From an uncultured Phycisphaerales bacterium (GTDB taxonomy: Bacteria; Planctomycetota; Phycisphaerae; Tepidisphaerales; Tepidisphaeraceae): a DNA stretch of 64,000 bases. Location of the stretch: assembly GCA_963758525.1 (NCBI GenBank), contig CAVWVQ010000001.1, forward strand, positions 62,502 to 126,501, given 5' to 3'. Made by a program: the position numbers and the translations under genes. Below are positions 1-8,632 of the stretch, piece after piece (the first letter of the stretch is position 1; every line of letters starts with the position of its first letter). Under the pieces are notes generated by a model. It made no database searches, was not told the origin of the DNA, and saw nothing but the letters and a program-made list of their open reading frames with translations.

Positions 1-489
1 TGGTTCGGATTGTCGCAGACCGCCGGGCAGTTCCTGCTGCTGGGCGTCGCGGCTGCGGTTCTCCTGCTGTTCGGCTTTGCCCTGCGATGGACGGCCGCGG
101 GACGCACCATCTATGCCGTCGGATCTGACCTTGAAGCAGCGCGCCTGGCGGGTATTCGGCCGCGCCGGGTGATCTTCCTGGTCTTCATGCTGATGGGCGG
201 ACTCGTCGGGCTTGCCGCACTCCTCAGCGCCGTGCGTTCTCCCGACGTCGATCCAAGCGTCGGCACCGGATGGGAGCTGACGGTGATTGCGGCGGTCGTG
301 GTCGGCGGAGCCGCCATCTCCGGCGGCCGCGGAACCCTGGCGGGAACTTTGATCGGGGTGGCTCTCCTGGCGACCGTCGGCCCGGCGCTGGAATTTCTCG
401 GCGTCCCGTCGCAATGGGAGAAGGCTGTCCGCGGGTTGATCATCCTCATCGCCGTCGCGTCCGACGGCATCTTCCGGAGGTCGGACTAA
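1..489 (+). CDS. Sugar ABC transporter permease (RbsC/CUT2-like), C-terminal part; 5' end lies outside the window
   Basis: Frame 1 is open from base 1 (track ORF 10..489). Multi-TM Gly/Ala/Leu-rich sequence ending ...AAVVVGGAAISGGRGTLAGTLIGVALL..., the conserved tail of ribose/rhamnose-type permeases. A second permease starts 4 nt after its stop. Confidence 0.8.
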   Translation, partial: WFGLSQTAGQFLLLGVAAAVLLLFGFALRWTAAGRTIYAVGSDLEAARLAGIRPRRVIFLVFMLMGGLVGLAALLSAVRSPDVDPSVGTGWELTVIAAVVVGGAAISGGRGTLAGTLIGVALLATVGPALEFLGVPSQWEKAVRGLIILIAVASDGIFRRSD

Positions 490-492
490 CCC

Positions 493-1557
493 ATGTCGAT
501 TTCCGCCCCAGCGCCATCGAGCCTCCCCGCGCCGCAACCCGCGCTGCGATCTGCGTCGCGGCCGCGCCTGCTCAAGCCGCAGCAATTGGTCCTCGCGCTG
601 CTTCTCGCCGGCGAGGTTGTGGCCTTTGCGACCACCGGTAGCAACTTTCTCTCCTGGAACAATCTCTTTGAGATCACGCGCAACAGCGTCGAACTGGGGC
701 TCCTCGCGCTGGCGATGACGCCGGTCATTATCACCGGCGGGATCGATCTTTCCGTCGGCTCATTGATGTCGCTCTCCGCGGTGCTGCTGGGCAAAATGTG
801 GCACGATGCGGGAGTGCCGATCTGGCCGGCGGTTGGATTGACGCTGGTGTTCGCAACGTTCGCCGGCGGCCTCAATGCGATGCTGATCACACGACTGCGC
901 ATTCCACCATTGATCGTCACGCTCGGAACCTATTCGCTGTTCAGCGGATTAGCCGAGGGCGTGGCGCACGGCCGGGACAATCCGTCCAACTTTCCCGCGC
1001 CCTTCGTTTCCCTGGGCAACGGGTACATCGGTCCGGTTCCCGTGCAGGTGATTCTGCTGCTGCTCGGCATCGCCTTCTTCGGCGTCCTCGTGCATCGCGC
1101 CGCCATCGGCCGGGCAATTTCCGCGATCGGTTTCTCTCCCGAAGGAGCGCGGTATGCGGGAATCGCGGTTGAGCGAAAAGTCGCTCTCACCTATGTGCTG
1201 GCCGGCCTGTGCGCGGGGTTGGCGGCGATCGTTGCCGTCGCCCGCGTCAACACGGCAAAGGCCGACACCGGGGCGGGCTACGAGCTGTGGGCGATTACCG
1301 CCGTCGTGCTCGGCGGAACGTCGATCTTCGGCGGCCGCGGCAACGTTGTCGGGACCGTCATGGGGCTCTTTGCCATTGTCATTTTGCAGAACGGTCTGAG
1401 AATGGCGGACCGTCCCACCTGGCTGACGAGCCATCTGGGAGGTGAGCTGGCGGGAATCCTCACCGGCCTTCTGCTGCTGTTTTCCATTGGTCTGGATTGG
1501 CGTCCATCGGCGTCTGCCGCGGCAGGCGCATCGCAACCGAACGCCCAGGAGTTTCAC
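493..1557 (+). CDS. Sugar ABC transporter permease (RbsC/CUT2-like)
   Basis: First 355 codons of track ORF 493..2622: many hydrophobic segments and the ...AVVLGGTSIFGGRGNVVGTVMGL... motif. As sequenced there is no stop before the binding-protein gene. A frame-2 TGA at 1559..1561 overlapping ATG 1558 suggests the real stop was lost to an indel near 1500. Confidence 0.7.
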
Positions 1558-2622
1558 ATGAAGAATTCGCAAGTCGCGGTGCTGTCCATCGTCATTCTCG
1601 CAGCCGCCATGATCGTCAGCGGCGGCAACTTCCTGCTGGTTAAGCTCCTGTCGCAGAACAACTGCTCCATCGTTCCCGGCGGAGCGACAGCCGGCCCCGC
1701 GACTGCGGAGCCGGCGAGGCGCGTGAAAATCGCGATGATGCCCAAGAGCAAAGGCAACGCCTATTTCGTCGCAGCCCAGAAAGGCGCCCAAGACGCCGCC
1801 AACCAGCTTGGCGTGGATCTCATCTGGGATGGCCCGACCAACACCAACCCCGCCGAGCAGAGCCGGATCATCGATACGTGGATCAACCGCGGCGTTGACG
1901 TGATTGCCGTCGCCTGCGAAGACGGCAAGAGTCTGGCGACTTCTCTCCGCAAAGCCCGCGCAAAGGGGATCAAGGTGCTTACGTTCGATTCCGACAGCGA
2001 ACCAGATGCGCGCGATTTCTTCGTCAATCAGGCGACTCCCCAAGGCATCGGCTCAACGCTCATGGACAACGCCGCCAAGGCGATGGACAACAAGGGCGAG
2101 TTCGCGATCATCACCGCCTCGCTCAATTCGACAAACATGAACGAGTGGGTGAAGAACATCAAAAAACGACTGGCCGAGAAGTATCCCGACATCACCCTGG
2201 CCGACATTCGGCCCTGCGATGATCAGCAAGACAAGGCATTCGACGAAGCCAACACGCTGCTCAATTCGCGAAAAAATCTGAAGCTGATCATGGCCATCTG
2301 CTCGCCGGCGGTTCCCGGCGCTGCCGAGGCGGTGAAGCAGTCCGGACGCAAAGACGTGAAGGTGATGGGGCTTGGGCTTCCCAACGATAACAAGCGTTAC
2401 GTTCACGAGGGAGTGACCGACGACATCGTGCTGTGGAACACCGTCGACCTGGGATACCTGACGGTGCTGGCCGGCGATGATCTCGCAACCGGCAAGCTCA
2501 AGCCCGGCGACGTGTCGATGGACGGAGGCCGCCTGGGCAAGATAGAAATTCAGGGGAGCGACATCCTGCTCGGCAAACCGTTCACGTTTAATAAGGAAAA
2601 TATTGATCAGTTCGATTTCTGA
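1558..2622 (+). CDS. Periplasmic sugar-binding protein of the ABC transporter (RhaS/RbsB-like, type I PBP fold)
   Basis: ATG 1558 is preceded by AGGAG (1547..1551). Signal-anchor MKNSQVAVLSIVILAAAMIV is followed by KIAMMPKSKGNAYF..., DVIAVACEDG..., KVLTFDSD... and EFAIITASLNS..., typical of ribose/rhamnose-type binding proteins. Confidence 0.8.
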   Translation: MKNSQVAVLSIVILAAAMIVSGGNFLLVKLLSQNNCSIVPGGATAGPATAEPARRVKIAMMPKSKGNAYFVAAQKGAQDAANQLGVDLIWDGPTNTNPAEQSRIIDTWINRGVDVIAVACEDGKSLATSLRKARAKGIKVLTFDSDSEPDARDFFVNQATPQGIGSTLMDNAAKAMDNKGEFAIITASLNSTNMNEWVKNIKKRLAEKYPDITLADIRPCDDQQDKAFDEANTLLNSRKNLKLIMAICSPAVPGAAEAVKQSGRKDVKVMGLGLPNDNKRYVHEGVTDDIVLWNTVDLGYLTVLAGDDLATGKLKPGDVSMDGGRLGKIEIQGSDILLGKPFTFNKENIDQFDF

Positions 2623-2697
2623 TCTCTTTTGTCCGAGGCTGGCGGTTGGCAAAGAAGTCGCTGAGAAACGCACACCGGACGTTCCCAACTTTCATAA

Positions 2698-3585
2698 ATG
2701 CCAACGGCCTGCTTCGATAACTGCCGGCGCGATATAGAATGCGATGACATGGTCGTCGCGCCGCACCATCGACACTCTGATCATCCGCCGATCTCGGTTG
2801 GGAGCGTCAGTTTTCTCAACGCCAAGCCGTTGATTTACGGGCTGGAGTCCGATCCTGACATCGCACTATCGCTCGCAGTTCCGTCTCGCCTGCTGGACGG
2901 ACTCATGAGCGGTGCGATGGATGTCGCGCTGTTGCCGGTAATCGACTACCAACGAATGGATGGCCTGCGCGTGTTGACCAGCGGAGGGATTGGGTGCGAG
3001 GGGCCGACGCTGACCGTTCGACTTTTCAGTCCGATGCCGCTGGAGCGCGCGGAAGTGGTCGCGTGCGATGCTGACAGCCACACCTCCGTCGCGCTGGCGC
3101 GGGTAATCTTCGCCGAGCGATATCACACCAGACCGAGGTTCATCGACCTGGGCCCTGGCGTGGATCTGCCGCCTGGCGCCGCCCGCCTGCTCATCGGGGA
3201 CAAAGTCGTCTGCGACGAGCCGAAGGAACTGCCCTATCAACTCGACCTCGGGGACGCCTGGAAGCAGTTAACGGGCGAGCCGTTCGTCTTCGCCTGCTGG
3301 ATGGCTCGGCCTGGTGTAAATCTGGGGGATTTACCTGATCGGCTGATTCGGGCCAAGCAGCGCGGCCTCAAACACGTCGAATCCATCATTGCAGAGCACG
3401 CTGTCCCGCGCGGTTGGCCTGCCAGCACGGCACGCCGTTACCTTCTGCAGCACCTCAAGTTCGATATCGGGGGGAGGGAGTTGGCGGCAATCAGCAGCTT
3501 CCACCAATTGGCTTTCAAGCACGGTGCGCTGGAGCAGGAACCCCACCCGTTGCATATCATAGGGGCTTCGACGCCTGCAACTTGA
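2698..3585 (+). CDS. mqnA: Chorismate dehydratase MqnA (futalosine menaquinone pathway)
   Basis: 295-aa ORF. ...ISVGSVSFLNAKPLIYGL..., ...DVALLPVIDY... and ...PFVFACWMARPGV... fit the MqnA/VitK2_biosynth family as I know it. ATG 2749 is a plausible alternative start. Confidence 0.7.
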   Translation: MPTACFDNCRRDIECDDMVVAPHHRHSDHPPISVGSVSFLNAKPLIYGLESDPDIALSLAVPSRLLDGLMSGAMDVALLPVIDYQRMDGLRVLTSGGIGCEGPTLTVRLFSPMPLERAEVVACDADSHTSVALARVIFAERYHTRPRFIDLGPGVDLPPGAARLLIGDKVVCDEPKELPYQLDLGDAWKQLTGEPFVFACWMARPGVNLGDLPDRLIRAKQRGLKHVESIIAEHAVPRGWPASTARRYLLQHLKFDIGGRELAAISSFHQLAFKHGALEQEPHPLHIIGASTPAT

Positions 3586-3748
3586 CCCAAGCGTTCGAGT
3601 AACTACTGATAATTGCCTAAAGAACCGATCCAAACAGGAGGCGTATTTCCGCACGTTGCGGAACGGATCGGTCGCCGTTCGGCGGCATTCCCCTGGAGGC
3701 CTGGCGTGAAGTCCGAGCCATCGCAATGGCGGTCTGTCAGTCTTGTCC

Positions 3749-3851
3749 GTGCAATAAAGCCCGGGCAAGACGATCTCGCTGCGCACGATATTCGACTGGC
3801 GATGTGGTCCGAGACTCTGAGTGCAATAAAGCCCGGGCAAGACGATCTCGC
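3749..3851. repeat. Pair of perfect 31-bp direct repeats
   Basis: GTGCAATAAAGCCCGGGCAAGACGATCTCGC occurs at 3749..3779 and again at 3821..3851, with a 41-bp spacer, in non-coding DNA. Confidence 0.9.
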
Positions 3852-3955
3852 CGCGCCGTCAACCTCCCCGTCTTCCGCACGTTTCCCGCGCATACCCGCC
3901 GAGCAAGCGCAGGGCGCGACATACCGGGCAGCGCGGCTGTGTAAATGACCTCAAC

Positions 3956-4026
3956 GTAGGGCGGGATTCATCCCGCCGCGCCTTCCGCAAGACGGCAGAC
4001 CATGGCGGGATAAATCCCGCCCTACA
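3956..4026. repeat. Paired-hairpin palindromic element, family A (copy 1 of 4)
   Basis: GTAGGGCGGGATTCATCCCGCC (3956..3977), a 27-nt spacer, then GGCGGGATAAATCCCGCCCTAC (4005..4026). Each half is a hairpin and the halves are mutual inverted repeats. Confidence 0.9.
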
Positions 4027-4042
4027 CCAGACAGACCCGCAA

Positions 4043-7000
4043 ATGCCGGTGGAATGTACTGCTATCCCTCCCCCGGATTACCAGGGGAAGGGACAACGCT
4101 TTGCGCGAAGGGGAGTAGCCGCCCGATTTGCCCCCGGACTATCCGTCCACCTCGCGTTCGGTCTGTTCCTGATCCTGTCATTTCCACCGGCGCTTGTGCT
4201 GGCAGATCGCCCCGTTTCCGTCGACACGCCTGTCGCGGCTCCGCAGGCAGTCGACCCTGCCGCCAAGAAACTCGTGGCAGCCGACGGGCTATTGCAGCGG
4301 AATCTCTTCAAGCTCGCGGCTGACGAGTACGAGCAATTTCTCCACGATTATCCGCAGGACGCGCAAATCACCGCCGGCCGCTACGGCCTGGCGATCTGCC
4401 GATATCGGCTCAGCCAGTTTGATCTGGCGGCGCCGCTGCTGCGGCAGGTTCTTTCCGATCAGCAGTTCGGCCAGACCGACCAGGTGCTGGCATTGCTCGG
4501 ATATTGCGAAATGTCCGGCAGGGATTACGACGATGCGATCCAGCACTTCGATCAGCTCATCGCTAAATACCCGCAGAGCCCCCAGACCGATCCTGCCCGG
4601 CTTTATCGCGCCAATCGCTCTATCTGTCAGGCAAACCCAAAGAGTCGGCTGACGCATGCCAGGAATTTCTGCAAACGCATTCCAAGGGCGCCGACGCCGC
4701 CACGGCGATCTATTTTCTCGCCCTCTCGAATAAATCGCTCGGCCAGAACGATCAGGCTCTCTCACAACTCGATCGGTTGACGCGCGACTTTCCCGATTCG
4801 CCATACCGATTCGATGCCATGCTCCTCAGCGGCCAGGTCATGGAAGCACAAGGCAAGACCGAGCCGGCCCTCGACCGCTATCGTAGCCTTTTGGCGATCG
4901 CGCCGGCGGCGCGCAAAGCCAACGCGCATTACACGCTGGGCCTGGCGCTCTTCAAAGCGCAAAAGCTGGAAGAATCGGCGAAGGAGCTTTCCGCTGCCGC
5001 CAACGACCCGACCAACACCACCTACGCGACCTCTGCCAAGCTGCAATTGGGCCTGGTCGATCTTGCCCTGGGGCGCGTGCCTGACGCTCGCGACATCTTT
5101 ACGACACTGGTCGCCGATCCATCGCACGCCACGGAGGCCAAATATGGAATCGCCCAATGCGATCTGGCCGAGAAGAAATTCACCTCCGCCGAGGCCGGTC
5201 TCCAGGAATTGCTGGACCAGCAGCCTGCGCCGCCCAATCGACCGCAAATCGCGCTCTATCACGCCATTTGCCTGATGGAGCTGACGAAATACGCCGAGGC
5301 GTCCAAAGAGCTCGATGCGCTGGCGGATGCATCACCCGCCGGTCCGATCGCCGCCGAGGCGTTGTATCGCTCCGCATATTCGCTCCACAAGCTCGGCAAC
5401 TACGACGCCAGCCACGACCGATGCCAGCGGGTTCTCAAGTTGCCGCCGTCGGCGATGACCGCTCCCTCAGCCGAGCTCGACGCGGAAAATCAGTTTCTGC
5501 TCGGCAGCTACGCCGATGCGCACCACGCGTTCGACGCGCTCATTCCGCAAACGAGGGACGAACAGCGGCAATTGCTCTTCCGCCTCCGAAGCGCGCAATG
5601 CGACTATTACGCCGGCAAGTTTGCCGCGGCAGTCGAAGAACTCGCGCCGCTGGCTGATGATCCGCGCGTCGCGCAGTCGCCCGATTTGCAGCAGGCGATC
5701 TTTCTGCTCGGAGACGCTCAGTTGCAGCTCGGCAAAAATGCCGAGGCCGAAGCTGCTCTCAAAAAATTCGCGACGCTGGGAGCGGGTGACACGCGGGAGG
5801 CGCAATACAAGCTGTCAGTGGCCGAGTTGCGTGACGGACACACCGCCGCGGCGACTGCACTTCTCGAGACGCTGGCAAACGGTCCCGCCGACTCCCCGTG
5901 GGTTCAGCGCAGCCTGCTGGCGCTCGGGCAGATTCGCTGCAAAGCCGGGCAGTCCGAGACGGCCTCTGAGGTGTTGAACAAACTGCTCGACGCGAAGCCT
6001 CCGGCCGACCTGGCGGCCTCCGCTGAATATCTGCTCGCCTGGATCGACTTCGATGCCAGGCGATTCGCACAAGCCGCCGACAGGTGGAGCGCGGTGCACG
6101 AAAAGTCACCCGATCCTGCGCTGGCATCTGATGCCGCATTCCAGCGCGCCATCGCGTTGCAGCAGGCGAATCAGAACGACGATGCCGCTGCCGCGTTCAT
6201 CGCGTTTGCTGATGCCTATCCGAAATCGCCCGACGCGACGCGCGCGCGCCAATCCGCCGCGGCGATTTTGTCCGCGAAAGGAAAGAACCGGGAAGCGCTG
6301 CGCATCCTCGCCGGGCTTGGCAAGGAACCTTCCGCATCCGACAGTGTTCTCTACGACCTCGCCTGGGCGCAGCGCAAGGCATCGGACGTGCCCGCTGCTG
6401 AAGAAACGTATCGCCGGATTGTGTCGCAATATCCGGAGGGCGCGATCGCGCCGCTGGCGCGCACGGAAATCGCGGAGTTGCTCTACAACGATAAGAATTA
6501 CACGCAGGCGGCCGCCATGCTCTGGCCGGTGGTGGACGGCCGAAAAGGTGACCCCAAGGTGCTTGCCGCCGCCGGGTATCGGCTGGGCTGGTGCTATCAG
6601 AAGCTGGGCGATTTCGATAAAGCCGCCACTTGCTTCCGCGATTTTGCGGCGAGCTTCCCCCAGGATGAGATGGCGCCGTCAGCGATGCTGCAATCGGCGA
6701 TGGCTGACGCCGACGCCGGCCGGGACGATCAGGCGCAGGCAGAACTCGTCGCCATGCTGAAAGCGTATCCGCATCATAAAGATGCCCCGGTAGCGATTCT
6801 GAAGCTCGCCGACGTGCAGGCGGCGCAGGGCGACTTTGCCGCGTCATTGCAGACGGCGCAGGCTTTTCTGACGAAGTATCCCGGCCATGCGCTCTCGTAT
6901 CGAGCGCAGTTTTGCGCCGGCTGGGCGCTGGAAAATCAAAAGAAATACGCGCCGGCCAGGGCCGCATACCAATTGGTCATTGCCGCGAGCAATGGGGAAA

Positions 7001-7269
7001 CCGCCGCCCGCGCCCAGTTTCAAACCGGCGAGACGTTTCTGGCCGAGCAGAAATTCGAACAGGCGATCCCCGCGTTTCTCGCCGTCGAGGATGTCTATGC
7101 CTATCCGAAGTGGTCCGCGAGGGCATTATTCGAGGCCGGCCGGACATTCGAGCAACTCAAGCAACCCGATCAGGCGAGGTCGCAATACAGCCAGGTGGTC
7201 ACCAAGTATAAAAGCGCGCCGGAAGCGGAGCTTGCCGCGGGGCGGCTCAAGTCGATCAGCGGCTCATAG
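4043..7269 (+). CDS. Large TPR-repeat protein (about 1075 aa), frame-broken near 4610-4622
   Basis: ORF 4043..4780 (frame 2) joins the frame-1 reading that is open from 4567 to 7269 (track ORF 4777..7269). The join reads ...IAKYPQSPQTDPARLYRA then SLYLSGKPKESADACQEFLQTH.... TPR-like helix pairs run throughout. N-terminus is signal-like (LAFGLFLILSFPPALVLA). The first codons overlap a family-B repeat, so the start is uncertain. Confidence 0.7.
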
Positions 7270-7293
7270 CCGGCGCTTTCGTATTGAAATCAA

Positions 7294-8082
7294 ATGGGAA
7301 GGATGAACGTGAGACGGCAATCAATCTTCGCAGGATGCGCGGCAATCTTGTCAGCCTCGACGGCCTTCGCCCAAGAGGTCGGGGCGCAAGCCGCTACCGC
7401 TACGACCCAGCCCGCGACCAACACGAGCATGCCCCTGATCGAGCTGTTTATCAAAGGCGGGATCTTCATGTACCCGCTGGCGGCATGCAGCATCATCGCG
7501 GTGGCGATTATCTTCGAACGCATGCTCTCCCTTCGCCGCAGCCAGGTGATTCCCAAAAATTTCATGAAGGGCCTGCGCGGCGTGACGCGCGATCTGCGCG
7601 AAGACCGCCAGCGCGCGCTCGATTATTGCCGGCAGAAGGATTCGCCGATCGCGCGGATGATCGCCGCCGGGATCAAGCGCATCCCCCGCGGCTTCGCCGC
7701 CGCCGAGAAAGCGATCGAAGATGCCGGCGCCAATGAAGCGCTGAAGCTTCGTCGCAACATGCGATTTCTCTACGCCATCGGCAGCGTCGCCACGCTGCTG
7801 GGTCTGATCGGCACCATTTACGGCATGATCAAAGCATTTCAGGCTGCCGCCGCGGCCGGCGTCGGACGCATCAACGAACTCTCAACCGGGATTTACCTGG
7901 CGATGGTCAACACTTTCTCCGGCCTGGCTGTCGCGATCGTGGTGACGATCTTCTACTACTTCTTCGTGGGACGCATCGAACGTCTCATTTCAGAGCTCAA
8001 CGACGAGTTGACCGATTTCTCCGATCAGTTCGGCTTCAACGCCGAATCCGACCGGCAGTTGCGGACGACGTCCACGTTGTGA
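7294..8082 (+). CDS. MotA/TolQ/ExbB-family proton channel protein
   Basis: 262 aa with ...LFIKGGIFMYPLAACSIIAVAIIFERMLSLRR... and C-terminal ...TGIYLAMVNTFSGLAVAIVVTIFYYFF..., hallmarks of the ExbB/TolQ family. An ExbD-type gene follows. Confidence 0.85.
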   Translation: MGRMNVRRQSIFAGCAAILSASTAFAQEVGAQAATATTQPATNTSMPLIELFIKGGIFMYPLAACSIIAVAIIFERMLSLRRSQVIPKNFMKGLRGVTRDLREDRQRALDYCRQKDSPIARMIAAGIKRIPRGFAAAEKAIEDAGANEALKLRRNMRFLYAIGSVATLLGLIGTIYGMIKAFQAAAAAGVGRINELSTGIYLAMVNTFSGLAVAIVVTIFYYFFVGRIERLISELNDELTDFSDQFGFNAESDRQLRTTSTL

Positions 8083-8103
8083 CGTGAGATCGTTTAGTGA
8101 ACT

Positions 8104-8163
8104 GGGAAATCTGAGATTGAAATTTGAACTGTGAAATCTGAGATTTGAAATTTGAAATCTCAA
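8104..8163. repeat. AT-rich tandem/inverted repeat in the exbB-exbD spacer
   Basis: GAAATCTGAGATTGAAATTTGAA (8106..8128) and GAAATCTGAGATTTGAAATTTGAAATCTC (8133..8161). This is a local low-GC island that contains the palindrome GAGATTTGAAATTTGAAATCTC. Confidence 0.8.
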
Positions 8164-8180
8164 AACAGCGAGTGTTCCCC

Positions 8181-8609
8181 ATGAGGATTCGAGATCCACT
8201 GCACGAGGCCGAAGAACCCTACAACCTGGTTCCATTGACGGACATGGTCTTCAACCTGCTGATTTTTTTCATGGCCGCCACAACGTTTACCCAGGTCGAA
8301 AAGGAGCTCGGCATCGAGCTGCCGCACGTGTCGACGCTGACGCCGCTCTCGGCACCGCCGAAGCAGTTGATCATCAACATCAAGCAGGACGGAACGACGG
8401 TCGTGGCGGGAAGAACGTACTCGCCGATGGAACTGATCCCGCTGGTGCAGGCGCTGATGCGAAAAGATCCCGAGGGCGCCGTAATCATTCGAACTGATGA
8501 GCGAACGGTCATGCGTCACTTTGCGGACGTGACGCGCATCTGCAAGCAGCAGGGCGTGCAGGAAGCGAAGATCGTGTATCTCGAGGATCAGCCCAAAGCG
8601 CAGCAATGA
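8181..8609 (+). CDS. ExbD/TolR-family biopolymer transport protein
   Basis: ...YNLVPLTDMVFNLLIFFMAATTF... single TM plus a periplasmic domain. I prefer ATG 8181; the track ORF starts at TTG 8145, inside the AT-rich repeat. Confidence 0.85.
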   Translation: MRIRDPLHEAEEPYNLVPLTDMVFNLLIFFMAATTFTQVEKELGIELPHVSTLTPLSAPPKQLIINIKQDGTTVVAGRTYSPMELIPLVQALMRKDPEGAVIIRTDERTVMRHFADVTRICKQQGVQEAKIVYLEDQPKAQQ

Positions 8610-8632
8610 TTGCGAAAGGTTGAAGCTGAATC

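Noticed and set aside
493-2622. One continuous 709-codon ORF that would be a permease / substrate-binding-protein fusion, unusual for ribose-type ABC systems.
   Set aside because: ATG 1558 has its own AGGAG 6 nt upstream. A frame-2 TGA (1559..1561) overlaps that ATG in the classic ATGA coupling arrangement, and frame 2 upstream of it encodes a typical basic permease tail (...RRLPRQAHRNRTPRSFT). Given the indel density in this assembly, a lost base near 1500 most likely created the apparent fusion.
3749-3851. Possible mini-CRISPR: 31-bp repeats with a 41-bp spacer.
   Set aside because: There are only two repeats, no cas genes, no leader-like AT-rich region, and no third unit anywhere in the window.
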